In this document: positions 9,103 to 23,087 of the stretch, piece after piece
Layout of the letters: the number at the start of each line of letters is the position of its first letter
Position numbering within the stretch: position 1 is the first letter of the stretch
From: Hyphomicrobiales bacterium
GTDB lineage: Bacteria > Eisenbacteria > RBG-16-71-46 > SZUA-252
Assembly: GCA_050257555.1 (NCBI GenBank)
Contig: JBLMXB010000029.1
Location: forward strand, 7,174 to 71,173
Direction of reading: 5' to 3'
Length of the DNA stretch: 64,000 nt
Translations under genes and position numbers: made by a program
The notes under the pieces: model-generated
Told to the model about the DNA's origin: nothing
Seen by the model: the letters and a program-made list of their open reading frames with translations, nothing else
The model's database searches: none

Positions 9103-10007
9103 CGCACGATGCCCCGCTCCGAGCTCCGGACGAACTCCACGAACTCGTGGATCTCGGGATACGGCTTCAGATCGCGGGTAATCCGGTCGAGCGCCTGCGA
9201 GACGTTCAGCTGCGAGCGGTAGAGGATCCGGTACGCGCGTTTCAGCTCGAGCCTCGCGTCGGCCGTGATCCCGCGCCGCTCCATCCCGACCGTGTTGAGG
9301 CCGCACGCCCGGAGCGGGTTCCCCGCCGCCTTCACGTACGGCGGCACGTCCTGCGGGACGCGCGAGCCGCCGCCGAGGAAGGCGTGGCAGCCGATCGCGA
9401 CGAACTGGTGGATGGGCGTGAGCCCCCCGATGATCGCGTAGTCGTCGACGCGCACGTGGCCGGCGAGGTTCACCGCATTCGCGAGGATCACGTGGTTTCC
9501 GATCCGGCAATTGTGCGCCACGTGCGTGTACGCCATGAGGAGGACGTCGTCGCCCACGATCGTGCTCTCCCCCTCGCTCGTGGCCGCGTGGACCGTCGCG
9601 TACTCCCGCACGGTCGTGTCGCTCCCGATCCGCACGTGCGTCGGCACGCCGCGGAACTTGAGGTCCTGGGGGATGTTCCCGATCGCCGCGCCGTGGTGGA
9701 TCTGGCAGCGCGGGCCGATGACCGTGCACCCCTCGATGATCGCGTGCAGCCCGACCCGCGTCCCCTCGCCGAGCACGACGCGCGGTCCGATGTACGCGAA
9801 CGGGCCGATCACCACCCCGGGGCCGAGCTCGGCGCCCTTCGCGACGATCGCCGTCGGATGGATCGAGGGACGGGCGCGCTCCGCCGACTCCGGGAGCGCC
9901 ACCACCGCCCCGGCCACGCGGGCCCAGGTGCCGGTGAGGCCGTCCGCCTCAGGAATTGCGGTCGACAATGCTGGAAAGGAGCTCTGCTTCCGCGACGAGG
10001 TCTCCAT
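9099..10007 (-). CDS. lpxA: Acyl-ACP--UDP-N-acetylglucosamine O-acyltransferase
   Basis: Left-handed beta-helix hexapeptide repeats; IHPTAIVAKGAELGPGVVIGPFAYIG…. The ATG at 10007 overlaps lpxC-fabZ by 59 nt. Alternative GTG starts at 9917/9905/9902 would give a more typical N-terminus. Confidence 0.85.
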   Translation of the reverse strand: METSSRKQSSFPALSTAIPEADGLTGTWARVAGAVVALPESAERARPSIHPTAIVAKGAELGPGVVIGPFAYIGPRVVLGEGTRVGLHAIIEGCTVIGPRCQIHHGAAIGNIPQDLKFRGVPTHVRIGSDTTVREYATVHAATSEGESTIVGDDVLLMAYTHVAHNCRIGNHVILANAVNLAGHVRVDDYAIIGGLTPIHQFVAIGCHAFLGGGSRVPQDVPPYVKAAGNPLRACGLNTVGMERRGITADARLELKRAYRILYRSQLNVSQALDRITRDLKPYPEIHEFVEFVRSSERGIVR

Positions 10008-11283
10008 GGACGTATGCCTTTCCCTCCATCTTGCAGATCCGCTGCTTCAGGCGGAGCAGGGTCAGCTCGAACCGGAGCTGGTCCCCCGGCCGCACGGGCC
10101 TGCGGAACTTGGCGTTGTCGATCCCCATGAAGTAGACGAGCTTGTCCTTGGGGCGCTCGACGGTGTTGAGGAGCAGCACGCCGCCGCATTGGGCCATCGC
10201 TTCGATGATCAGGACCGCCGGCATGATCGGGTGCCCGGGGAAGTGACCGACGAAGAACGGCTCGTTGATCGTGACGTTCTTGATGCCGACCACGCGGTCG
10301 GACGTGAGGTTCAGGATCCGGTCGATCAGGAGGAAGGGATAGCGGTGCGGCATGATCTCCATGATCGCCATGATGTCGAGCTGCATGGGACCGGCGTCGC
10401 CGTTCCCCTTGATCCCCCGCAGGAGCCCGCCCGGCTCCTCCCCGGCGTTCAGCCGCTGCACGAACCGCACGTTCGTCGCGTGGCCCGACTTGACCGAGAG
10501 GAAGTGCCCGCGCGCCGGGCGGCCGAGCAGGTAGAGGTCGCCGAGGAAGTCGAGGATCTTGTGGCGGACGAACTCGTCGTCGAACCGGAGCGGCTCCTGA
10601 TTCAGGATCCCGTCGGGCTTCACGACCACGGCGTTCTGGAGCGTGCCGCCGCGGATCATCCCCTTCGCGCGGAGCGACTCCACGTCCCGCTCCAGCACGA
10701 ACGTGCGCGCCGGCGCGATCTCCCGCACGAACGTCTCGGGCGTGATGTCGTACGTGGCGTACTGGGTGCCGCGGAACGCGTTCTCGTACTCGATCGTGAA
10801 CGTGACCCGGAGGCCGTCGTGCGGCAGCGCCACCAGGATGACGCCGTTCTCCTCGTACCGGACCGGCTCGCGGACCCGGAAGTAGCGCCGGGGCGCCGGC
10901 TGCTCCACGATGCCCGCCTGCTCGAAGAGCGCGACGTACGGCCGCGCGCTCCCGTCGGGCGGCTCGGGCGGCTCCTGGGCGTCGAGCGCGATCTCGAGGT
11001 TGTCGATCTCGAGGCCCGCCGCGGCCGCCAGGATGTGCTCGACCGTGTGCACCTCGGCGGTTCCGTTCTTGAGGATCGTCCGGCGCATCTGGTCGGTGTC
11101 GGCCCGCGCGGTGCGCGGCGAGACGGGGATCTCGGGACGCCCGGGGAGGTCGACGCGGACGAAGCGGATCCCGGAGCCGGGCGGCGCGGGACGGAATTCG
11201 ACGTGGCAGGCGACGCCCGTGTGGAGGCCCACGCCGTCGTACGCGACGGCGCGGGCGAGGGTGCGCTGGTGGGGGACGCTCAC
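9949..11283 (-). CDS. lpxC-fabZ: Bifunctional UDP-3-O-acyl-GlcNAc deacetylase / 3-hydroxyacyl-ACP dehydratase (LpxC-FabZ fusion)
   Basis: 444 aa ORF. The N-terminal half has LpxC motifs ([25 protein letters not shown]). The C-terminal half is the FabZ hot-dog domain ([36 protein letters not shown]). Confidence 0.9.
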   Translation of the reverse strand: MSVPHQRTLARAVAYDGVGLHTGVACHVEFRPAPPGSGIRFVRVDLPGRPEIPVSPRTARADTDQMRRTILKNGTAEVHTVEHILAAAAGLEIDNLEIALDAQEPPEPPDGSARPYVALFEQAGIVEQPAPRRYFRVREPVRYEENGVILVALPHDGLRVTFTIEYENAFRGTQYATYDITPETFVREIAPARTFVLERDVESLRAKGMIRGGTLQNAVVVKPDGILNQEPLRFDDEFVRHKILDFLGDLYLLGRPARGHFLSVKSGHATNVRFVQRLNAGEEPGGLLRGIKGNGDAGPMQLDIMAIMEIMPHRYPFLLIDRILNLTSDRVVGIKNVTINEPFFVGHFPGHPIMPAVLIIEAMAQCGGVLLLNTVERPKDKLVYFMGIDNAKFRRPVRPGDQLRFELTLLRLKQRICKMEGKAYVHGDLVAEAELLSSIVDRNS

Positions 11284-12428
11284 GGCGACGGTTTCTTTCC
11301 CTCCAGCTCCTCGATCCGGCGGCGAAGCTCGCGGACGGTGCGGAGCAGCTCCGGAAGGTTCCGGAGGCTCGCCTCGATCCGCTTCGCCTGTCCGACGGGA
11401 AGCGCGGGATAGCCGAACATCTTCTCGCCCGGCTTCACCGACTTCGAGACGCCGGACTTGGCGCCGATCTGGGCGCCCGCGCCGATCTCGATGTGGCCGA
11501 CGATCCCGACCTGCCCCGCGAGGACCACGTGGTCGCCGACGCTGGTGCTCCCCGAGATGCCGACCTGCGCCACGATGATGCAGTTCTGGCCGATCTGCAC
11601 GTTGTGCGCGATCTGGACCAGGTTGTCGATCTTGCTCCCGCGGCCGATCCGGGTGGTGCCGGTCGTGGCGCGGTCGATCGTGACGCAGGCGCCCAGCTCG
11701 ACGTCGTCCTCGACGACGACGTTCCCGACCTGGGGCAGCTTCCGGTAGATCTCGCCGTCGCGGACGAAGCCGAATCCGTCGCTCCCGATCACGGCGCCCG
11801 AGTGGACGATGACGCGCGCGCCGAGCACGCAGTCCTCGCGGAGCGTGACGTTCGGATGGAGGCGCGCGTCCGGGCCGATCGAGGCGCGCGGGCCGACGTA
11901 GGCGCCCGGGCCGATCCAGACGCGCGGCCCGATCACCGCGAGCGACTCGACCACCGCGTTCGGGCCGATCACCGCCGTGGCGTCGACGGAGGCGTCGCCG
12001 GCGACGACCGCGCTCGGGTGGATGCCCGCCTCCGGCCGCGCCTCGTCCCCCTGGAAGAACCGGACGGCCTTCAGGAACGCGAGGTACGGGTTGTCGTTCT
12101 GGATGAGCGGCTTGCCGATGGCGCGGTGGTTCTCGGCGACGATCACGGCCGAGGCGTGCGTCCGCTCCAGGTAGCCCTCGTAGCGGGGATGGGCGAGGAA
12201 CGTCAATTCCCCCTCGCGGGCCTCGCGGATGCCGGCGACCCCGGTGATCTCGACCGAGCCGTCGCCGATCACGACGCCGCCGATGATCCGGGCCACTTCC
12301 TCGAGGGTGACGCGGGGGGATTCCGGAGGCTCCGGGGGGACCTCCTCCGTCAGCGCGCCCGTGCGCGCGACGATGCTACTGCCCTCCGGTTGTGCCACCG
12401 GTGCCTGGGTTCCGGATTCCGGTCTCAT
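11280..12428 (-). CDS. lpxD: UDP-3-O-acylglucosamine N-acyltransferase
   Basis: 382 aa ORF with hexapeptide repeats throughout and an LpxD-type N-terminal domain (ITGVAGIREAREGELTFLAHPRY). The ATG at 12428 overlaps the skp end by 53 nt, so the N-terminal ~40 aa are uncertain. Confidence 0.88.
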   Translation of the reverse strand: MRPESGTQAPVAQPEGSSIVARTGALTEEVPPEPPESPRVTLEEVARIIGGVVIGDGSVEITGVAGIREAREGELTFLAHPRYEGYLERTHASAVIVAENHRAIGKPLIQNDNPYLAFLKAVRFFQGDEARPEAGIHPSAVVAGDASVDATAVIGPNAVVESLAVIGPRVWIGPGAYVGPRASIGPDARLHPNVTLREDCVLGARVIVHSGAVIGSDGFGFVRDGEIYRKLPQVGNVVVEDDVELGACVTIDRATTGTTRIGRGSKIDNLVQIAHNVQIGQNCIIVAQVGISGSTSVGDHVVLAGQVGIVGHIEIGAGAQIGAKSGVSKSVKPGEKMFGYPALPVGQAKRIEASLRNLPELLRTVRELRRRIEELEGKKPSP

Positions 12429-12969
12429 CCTCTGTCCTAAGCTCGCTCAGGACCCGGTCCGTCAGGTCGAGCGTCTTGTCCCCGTAGACGACGTTTCCGT
12501 CGGCCGCGTCGAGGATGAGGGAGAAGGCCTCATCCGTCCCGATGCCCGCCACAATGGCGTGGACGCGATCGATGATCGGCTTCAGGTACTCCTCGTTCAG
12601 CTTCGTGATCTTCCCGTTCGGGCCCCACGTCGTCTGAACGAACGACTCGTATTCGCCGATCTTCTTCTGGAGCAGTTGGTTCTGCTCGTCGCGCTTCGCC
12701 TCGCTCAGCATCGGGCCCTGCTGGTCGAGCTTGCGCTGCAAATCGTCGATCTCGGTCTTCTTGTCCCGGGCGGTCTTCGTGAGGTCCTGGACCTCACGGT
12801 TGAACGCCTCCTGCGCCTCCTGCGTCTTGCGATACTCGGCAAAGATCCGATCCGAGTCAATGAACCCGATCTTGAGCTCGGCCGAGGCCCGTTCGGCCCC
12901 CGTTCCGAGGAGAGCGAGGGCCAGCAAGGCTCCCCAGAGTACCCTACCCCCTTGGCGCTGTCGATACAT
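12376..12969 (-). CDS. skp: OmpH/Skp-family periplasmic chaperone
   Basis: 197 aa ORF. It has a signal peptide (ALLALALLGTGAERASA), then KIGFIDSDRIFAEYRKTQEAQEAFNREVQDL… coiled-coil typical of Skp. It sits between bamA and lpxD as in many diderms. Confidence 0.8.
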   Translation of the reverse strand: MYRQRQGGRVLWGALLALALLGTGAERASAELKIGFIDSDRIFAEYRKTQEAQEAFNREVQDLTKTARDKKTEIDDLQRKLDQQGPMLSEAKRDEQNQLLQKKIGEYESFVQTTWGPNGKITKLNEEYLKPIIDRVHAIVAGIGTDEAFSLILDAADGNVVYGDKTLDLTDRVLSELRTEDETGIRNPGTGGTTGGQ

Positions 12970-12985
12970 ATCCTAACCTCTTGTC

Positions 12986-15471
12986 CTAGAAGGTGTTGCC
13001 TAACTGGAAGTGGGTCTCCCAGCGCCCCCCCTCCTCGCGGTCGAAACCGTACCCGACGTCGAATCCGACCCGACCGAGGGCCGGGATCTCCAGGCGGAAG
13101 CCGAACCCGGCCGATTTCCGGAGATCCCCCAGGTCGAGGTCCCGGGTGCTGTTCCACGTGTTCCCCCCCTCGAAGAAGAGGAGCCCGTGGAGCGGCTCGG
13201 CGATCGGGAACTGGATCTCGGACGTGAGGATCAGCATGCTCCGTCCGCCCGGGTAGCGATCCAAGACCCGCCCGGTGACGGGGTCCTTCGTGATGTTCGC
13301 CCGCGGGACCACGTAGTAGTCGGGGTACCCCCGCAGATAGTCGTACGTGGTGCCGCCGAGCCGGAAGCGCTCGTAGTCGGGGACGGTCGAGCCGGCCAGA
13401 TAGCCCGCCTTGCCCCGCAGCATGAGCGTGAACGGGGTCCGGAGCCGCGTGTAGTTCCGTAGCTCCAGGGTCTCCTTCGTGAAGTGCTCGACGCCGCCCA
13501 GGAAGGAGCCCGCGAACTCGTTCGACCAGGTCAGCCGCGACCCGCGCGTGGCGTAGAACGGATTGTCCGTGGAGTTCCGGAGGAACGTCAGCGTGACGCT
13601 GCTCACGCGCCGGGGCCATTTGGTGTCGCGGAGCGACTGGAGGTTCGCCGGCTCCCCGATCTCGTACGGGCGGATGTTGAGCAGGGTCACGTCGCGGAGG
13701 TCGTAGGAGAACCCGGCGCGCGAGTAGTCGGGCCACGGCAGGGGGCGGCCGAGCGTGAAGCCCCCGCCCCGGTCCTTCCGATCGTAGAAATCGAGGTTCT
13801 GCCTCGTGTTGAACAGGCTGAACCCGACGGAGAGCGGCGTGTCGCGGAACCAGGGCTGCGTGTACGAGACCTCCGCGTCGTTCCGCTGGCTCCCCCGCTC
13901 GAGCCGGATCGAGATGCTCTGCCCGGTGCCGAACAGATTGTTGTGGCCGAGCTCGAGGAACCCGGTCAACCCCGACTGGCTGGAGAAGCCGGCCCCGGCG
14001 CTGGCGGTGCCGGTCTGCTTCTCCTGGACCTTCAGCGTCAGGTTGATGTCGGCGCTGTCCCCGGTCGGCTCGTAGTCGACGTTCACGTCCTGGAAGTAGC
14101 CGAGCCCGAAGATGTCGCGCTGCGTGCGCATCAGCGTCGAGCGGCGGAATACGTCGCCGGGACGCACCGTCGCCTCGCGCCGGATCACGTTCTCCTTCGT
14201 GCGCGTGTTCCCGACGATCTTGAGGTCGGCGACCCGCGAGCGCGCCCCCTCCTGGACGACGAACTGCACGTTCACGACCGAGTCCTTGTCCGAGAACTTC
14301 GGGTCGATCGAGAGGAAGAGGTAGCCCTGCTCCTGGTAGAGCGAGTAGGCCGATTCGAGCGTCTTCTGGATCTGCGTCTCGTTGTACGCCGTGCCCGGCC
14401 GCGGCAGCGTGACCAGCTCGAGCGCCGACGTCGGCACGGCCGTGTTGCCGGCCCAGGAGATGTCGCCGAAGCGGTAGCGGGGGCCCTCGCGCAGGTAGAC
14501 GTTCAGGATCACGCCGTCCCCGGCGGGCACCTCCGTGGTCGTGATCGAGTCGACCTCGCCGTCGCGGTAGCCGCGGCTCCGCATGTAGAGGCGGAGGCCG
14601 GTCTCGTCGGTCTCGATCTGCGACGGCTTGTACGTGCCGCTCTTCAGGAAGCCCGGCGTGCGGCTCTTCATCGACTTCCGGAGCCCCTTCCGCGAGAGGT
14701 CGGGCGCGCCGTGGATCTCGATGCCGCGCACCTTCTGCTTCTTCCCCTCGTCGATCTTGAAGACCACCTTCACCGCGCCCGGGGCGAAGGCCTGCGTGGT
14801 CGGCGTCACGACGGCCCGCGTGTAGCCCTCGTCCGCGTACGCCGTCTTGATCTTGCGCGCGTCGAGGTCGAGGATCCCCTGGTCGACGAGCTGTCCCGTC
14901 GAGACCGTGATCTTCTCCTTCAGCTTCGACGTCTCGATCTTCTTCGCCCCCTCGAACTCCACCGACTGGACGCGCGACCGCTCCGACACGACGATGTTGA
15001 GATCGACGCCGTCGGGAGCGTGCTCGTCCTGGACCTGGACGTCGGTGAAGAGGCCGGTGCCGAAGAGACGGCGCACCCCGTCGGAGACGGAGCTCGCGTC
15101 GTACGGCTCCCCGGCGTGGAGGCCGAACGTGCGGATGATGACGAGGGAGTCGACGTTCCGGAAGCCGCTCGCGCGGATCGCGCGGATCACCTCGGCGCCG
15201 GTGGCCGGGGGCGGAGACGGCGGCGCGAGGTCGAGGCGGACGCCGGCGCTGTCTCCGGCCGTGACGCCGGGCGCGGGGGCCGCGGGGGCCGCGGGAGCCG
15301 TGCCCTCCTGCGCGCGCGCCGGGCTCGACGCGACCGCGAGGCACGCGACCGCGAGGCACGCGAGCGCGATCGCCGCGGCCGGGAGGAGCGCGCGGCCGAG
15401 AGCCCGGATGGCGGCACGGCGCGCCCCGTCCCGCGGGGCGCTCCCGTCCGTGGGGCCGTGCTCGATTCGGG

Positions 15472-15475
<4 letters not shown>
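12986..15475 (-). CDS. bamA: Outer membrane protein assembly factor BamA (Omp85)
   Basis: This is the C-terminal 829 codons of ORF 12986..16960. It has a signal peptide, POTRA-like repeats (VIRAIRASGFRNVD…, VQSVEFEGAKKI…, KVRGIEIHGA…), an Omp85 barrel and the C-terminal HFQLGNTF. The TTG start at 15475 overlaps the clpC stop (TTGA). Confidence 0.85.
15329..15358. repeat. 15-bp tandem duplication inside the bamA signal-peptide coding region
   Basis: cgcgaccgcgaggca occurs at 15329-15343 and again at 15344-15358. It encodes ACLAV-ACLAV in the hydrophobic core of the signal peptide. Confidence 0.8.
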
Positions 15476-17889
<2,414 letters not shown>

Positions 17890-17924
17890 GGATGGAACCC
17901 TCCGGCTCCCGTGGGACCCTGTGT

Positions 17925-18992
17925 CTAATTCGGGCTGACGTCGTCGCCGTCCAAGAGCTGCCGCACGTAGTCGGCGCGAACGACGTTCCGCTCCCTCTGT
18001 TCCATTTCGCGGCCGGCGAAGAGCTGCAGGTGCGCCGGCTGCGTCCGAATCAGCATCTCGTTCAGCGTCGGCACGTCGGTGAGCCCGTCCATGCGGAGGG
18101 CCACGCCGAACCGGACCGCCGAGGAGAGATTCACGACCTCCTGCGACGACATGACCCGGCTGTGCCGGAGCGCCCCGTACGCCCGCCAGATCTTGTCCTC
18201 GATCTGGACGCGGGCGTCCTTCAGGAGCTCCTCCCGGGCCTGCTGCTCGTACTCGATGATCTGGCGGGTCACGCGCTCCAGCGCGTCGACCGTCTCCCGC
18301 TCGCTCTGCCCCAGGGTCGTCTGGTTCGAGATCTGGAAGAAGTTCCCCATGATCTGCGAGCCCTCGCCGTAGAACCCGCGCACCGCGAGCCCCACCTGCG
18401 TGATCCCCTGGAGCACCTTTCCGATCTGGCGCGTCAGCACCAGGGACGGCAGGTGGATGAGCACCGAGGCGCGCATCCCCGTGCCGACGTTCGTCGGACA
18501 GGCGGTCAGGTAGCCGAGATCTTCGCCGAAAGCATAGTCGAGGTCCTCGGCCAAATCATCATCGATGGCGTTCACCGACTCCCACGCGGACCGGAGCTGG
18601 AATCCGGACGCCAGCGCCTGGAGGCGGAGGTGGTCCTCCTCGTTCACCATGAGCGAGACGCTCTCGTCGGGCACGAGGAGGAGCCCGCGGAGCCGCCCGT
18701 TGTCGGCCAGATCGTTCGAGATCAGGTGGCGCTCCACCAGGAACTGCCGGTCGAGCGGGGTGAGGTCGCGCATGGAGATCGCGTTCGTCCCCTCGAGGGC
18801 GGGCGTGTTCCGCACCGCCGTCACCGCGCTCGAGTAGACCATCGCGAGCTGCTCCTCGCGGGCGCGGTGCGTGAACGGCACGTCCTTCAGGTTCCGGGCG
18901 AGCCGGACGCGCGTCGAGAGGACGATGTCGGACGACGGGCCCGTGCCGTCGAGCCAGCGGCCGAGCGTCTGGGCGAGCGGGACGAGCTTCAT
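17925..18992 (-). CDS. mcsB: Protein arginine kinase McsB
   Basis: The ATG at 18992 (MKLVPLAQ…) has an ATGA overlap with the mcsA stop. It has a phosphagen-kinase-like core (EEDHLRLQ, TACPTNVGTGMRASV). It is 355 aa. Confidence 0.85.
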   Translation of the reverse strand: MKLVPLAQTLGRWLDGTGPSSDIVLSTRVRLARNLKDVPFTHRAREEQLAMVYSSAVTAVRNTPALEGTNAISMRDLTPLDRQFLVERHLISNDLADNGRLRGLLLVPDESVSLMVNEEDHLRLQALASGFQLRSAWESVNAIDDDLAEDLDYAFGEDLGYLTACPTNVGTGMRASVLIHLPSLVLTRQIGKVLQGITQVGLAVRGFYGEGSQIMGNFFQISNQTTLGQSERETVDALERVTRQIIEYEQQAREELLKDARVQIEDKIWRAYGALRHSRVMSSQEVVNLSSAVRFGVALRMDGLTDVPTLNEMLIRTQPAHLQLFAGREMEQRERNVVRADYVRQLLDGDDVSPN

Positions 18993-19546
18993 GACCGCTC
19001 CGATCCGCGGCCGGTGGCCGGGCCGCCCTCGGCGTCCGCCGTCCGGCCCTCCCGCGTCTCGATGGCGCGGATCTGGTCGCGGAGCGCGGCGGCCGTCTCG
19101 AACTCCTCGCGCTCGATCGCCCGCTGCATCTCCTCGTGGAGGCGCTGGATCTCGCGGCGGATCGCCACCCGGGCCGAGTCCCGCTCGGGCGTCTTGCCGA
19201 CGTGCTTGGTGCTGCCGTGGATCCGGCGGAGGAGCGGCCGGAGCTGCGTGCGGAACGTCGTGTAGCACTCGGAGCAGCCGAGCCGGCCGGTCTCGCGGAA
19301 GTTGGAGTAGACGAGCCCGCACTTCGGGCACTGGACGCGCCCGACCTTGGCCTCTTCCCCGACGCCCGCCTGATCGACCATGCCCGCCAGGAGGTCGCCC
19401 ACCGAGAACTTCGACTTGAGGAGCGGCACGTGGTACCCGCGCTCCTCCGCGCACTTCTCGCAGACGTGGTACTCGGTCTTCTTGTTGTTCACGATCTCCG
19501 TGAAATGGACGATCGCGGGTCGCTTACCGCAAAGCTGGCACTGCAT
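18989..19546 (-). CDS. mcsA: McsA-like activator (zinc-finger N-terminus + UVR motif)
   Basis: 185 aa ORF. Cys pairs are CQLCGKRP…CEKC, CPKCG…CSEC. The C-terminal UVR-type helix is EREEFETAAALRDQIRAIE. Confidence 0.8.
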   Translation of the reverse strand: MQCQLCGKRPAIVHFTEIVNNKKTEYHVCEKCAEERGYHVPLLKSKFSVGDLLAGMVDQAGVGEEAKVGRVQCPKCGLVYSNFRETGRLGCSECYTTFRTQLRPLLRRIHGSTKHVGKTPERDSARVAIRREIQRLHEEMQRAIEREEFETAAALRDQIRAIETREGRTADAEGGPATGRGSERS

Positions 19547-19585
19547 CGGTCATTCCCTCTCCCGCCCCCCGGGGCATCCTACTCC

Positions 19586-20302
19586 TTAGATGCGCGGAAC
19601 CACCAAATTCATCGGCGCGAGCCGGCCCTCCTCAAGCGCCAGGATGCGTCCCGCCGAACGAGCAACTTCCATGTTATGTGTCGCAATGACAATGGCTTGC
19701 CGCTCCTCCTGCCGGTACCGCTCGAAGATCTCGAGGAGGCCGCCGGTGGCGGCCCGGTCGAGGTTCCCCGTCGGCTCGTCGGCGAGGAGCACGGCCGGTT
19801 TGAGATGCAGGGCCCGTGCCACCGCGACGCGCTGCTGCTCGCCCCCCGAGAGCTCGGACGGCTTGTGCTCGGCCCGCCCCTCGAGGCCCAGGTCCCGCAG
19901 GAGCGACGCCGCGCGCTCCCGCGTCTCCGCCGCGGGGCGCCGGGCGATCCACCCCGGCATCATCACGTTCTCCAGCGCGGTGAACTCCGGCAGGAGCTGG
20001 TGGAACTGGAACACGAACCCGACCGCCCGGCTCCGGAGCCGCGACCGCCCCGCCTCGTCGAGGCTCGTCATCGAGACGCCCCCGATGGAGACGGTCCCCG
20101 CCGACGGCCGGTCGAGGCCGCCGAGCAGGTGGAGGAGCGTCGACTTCCCCGAGCCCGAGGCGCCGATCACCGCGACGGTCTCGCCGGCCTCGACGCGGAG
20201 CGACGCGCCGCGGAGCACCGGGACCGGCGCGATCCCCTCGGTGTACGTCTTTTCGAGCCCGACCGCCTCGAGCGCCGGCGCGGGCGCCGCGCCGTCACTC
20301 AT
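19586..20302 (-). CDS. lolD: Lipoprotein-releasing system ATP-binding protein LolD-like (MacB/FtsE-type ABC ATPase)
   Basis: 238 aa ORF with Walker A GASGSGKST, signature LSGGEQQRVAVARAL and Walker B LLADEPTGNLD. It is downstream of, and overlapping, the LolC/E-type permease. Confidence 0.8.
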   Translation of the reverse strand: MSDGAAPAPALEAVGLEKTYTEGIAPVPVLRGASLRVEAGETVAVIGASGSGKSTLLHLLGGLDRPSAGTVSIGGVSMTSLDEAGRSRLRSRAVGFVFQFHQLLPEFTALENVMMPGWIARRPAAETRERAASLLRDLGLEGRAEHKPSELSGGEQQRVAVARALHLKPAVLLADEPTGNLDRAATGGLLEIFERYRQEERQAIVIATHNMEVARSAGRILALEEGRLAPMNLVVPRI

Positions 20303-21518
20303 AGCGGATCGTCTGGACCGGGGCGAGCCGGGCCGCCTGCCAGGCCGGATAGAGGCTCGCGAGGAAGCAGGTCGCCGTCGCGAAGACGGCGACGAGCGCG
20401 AAATCGGTCCAGTCCATCTTCACGGGCAGCGTGTCGATGAAGTAGATCTCACCCGGCAGGTGGAGGAGCTTGTACTTCCCCAGCGCGAAGGAGACGCCGA
20501 AGCCCGCCAGGAGCCCGAGCGCCGTGCCGCAGAAGCCGACGAGCGTCCCCTGGAGGAGGAAGATGCGGAGGATGCCCCCCGGCGTCACCCCCATGGTGCG
20601 GAGTACCCCGATGTCGCGCCGCTTCTCCAGCACGAGCATCACCAGGCTCGAGACGATGTTCACCGCGGCCACGATCACGATCAGGATCAGGATCGTGAAC
20701 ATGACGGCCTTCTCGATGCGCATCCAGGCGAACAGGTTCCGGTTCAGGTCGATCCAGTCGGTGACGCGGAAGTCGGGCCCGAGCGCGCGCTCGAGGACGC
20801 GGGCGTCGTCCTGCGCGCGGAACATGTCGGGGATCCGGAGCTGGTAACCGGTGATGTCGCCGCCGATGCCGAAGAAGTCCTGCGCCGTCTTCATGAGGAC
20901 GACGCCGAACGAGGAATCGTACTCGTAGAGCCCCGACTGGAAGATCGAGCTGACGCGGAGCCGCTTCGAGCGCGGGACGCCGCCGAGGATCCCGCCCGGC
21001 TCCTCGGTCGGAAGGCTGATCAGGATCACGTCGCCGCGGGTCACGCGGAGCCGTAGCGCCAGCTCCTGCCCCAGCGCGATGCCCGGCAGGTCGCCGCCGT
21101 CGAACGCGTCGCGGGACGGCGCCACGTGGGCCAGGATGTCGGTGGTCCGCACCTCCTCGCGCGGGTCGACGCCCTTCAGGACCATCCCGTCGACGCCGTG
21201 CCGCGAGGCGACCATCACCTTGCCGTACACGAACGGCGCGACCTGCGCGTCGGGGAGCGCCGCACGGATCGTGAGGAGCGCGGCGGAGTCGGGCGCGATC
21301 GGGCGGTCCTCGGACGAGAGGACGGCGATGTGCGCGTTCGTCCCGGCGATCCGGCGCTGCACCTGGTCCTCGAACCCGTTCATGACGGAGAGGACGATCG
21401 TCAGCGCGGCCACGCCGACGAAGACGCCGCCGACGGCGAGGAGGCTCACCAGCGTGATGAAGTTGAGGCGCCGCTTCGATCGGAGATAGCGGGACGCGAT
21501 GATCCAGACGGTACCCAT
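20295..21518 (-). CDS. LolC/LolE-family lipoprotein-release permease (MacB-like periplasmic domain + FtsX)
   Basis: The ATG at 21518 (MGTVWIIASRYLRSKRRLNFITLVSLLAVGGV…) is a typical LolC/E N-terminus, and there is a C-terminal FtsX domain. It is 407 aa. The rest of ORF 20295..22601 is read-through. Confidence 0.8.
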   Translation of the reverse strand: MGTVWIIASRYLRSKRRLNFITLVSLLAVGGVFVGVAALTIVLSVMNGFEDQVQRRIAGTNAHIAVLSSEDRPIAPDSAALLTIRAALPDAQVAPFVYGKVMVASRHGVDGMVLKGVDPREEVRTTDILAHVAPSRDAFDGGDLPGIALGQELALRLRVTRGDVILISLPTEEPGGILGGVPRSKRLRVSSIFQSGLYEYDSSFGVVLMKTAQDFFGIGGDITGYQLRIPDMFRAQDDARVLERALGPDFRVTDWIDLNRNLFAWMRIEKAVMFTILILIVIVAAVNIVSSLVMLVLEKRRDIGVLRTMGVTPGGILRIFLLQGTLVGFCGTALGLLAGFGVSFALGKYKLLHLPGEIYFIDTLPVKMDWTDFALVAVFATATCFLASLYPAWQAARLAPVQTIRYE

Positions 21519-21544
21519 CCGGGGCCGGGGGCGTGCCGGGGCCG

Positions 21545-23008
<1,464 letters not shown>

Positions 23009-23087
23009 GTGTCTCCGGTGACGAGGGTCCCTCGCCCGCGGCGGATGGGTCCGGCGGGACGCCGGCGGCGCGGTGCGTCGGGCGATT

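Noticed and set aside
5673-9729. N-terminal extensions of minus-strand track ORFs, e.g. 4534..6072, 5673..7769, 6965..9058 and 8131..9729. The same applies to 12986..16960, 17925..19454, 20295..22601, 27321..29615, 30510..32441, 38525..41041, 41114..43429, 43697..44596, 46562..48820 and 49618..51321.
   Set aside because: The upstream parts are Arg/Gly/Pro-rich out-of-frame read-through of the preceding gene. Homology begins at internal ATG/GTG/TTG codons, which typically overlap the upstream stop by 1-4 nt. I trimmed the calls accordingly.
19529-19546. A plus-strand TGGCAC at the mcsA start region, considered as a sigma-54 -24 element.
   Set aside because: It is on the wrong strand for the local genes, and it is not followed by TTGC at the -12 spacing (TGGCAC-TGCAT-CGGT). 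It is simply the complement of the mcsA codons ATG CAG TGC CAG.
19547-19585. CtsR operator (tandem heptad GGTCAAA-type repeat) upstream of mcsA.
   Set aside because: No such direct repeat is visible in the 39-nt spacer. Only a G/C-rich run and a purine-rich SD-like GGGAGAGGGAA are present.
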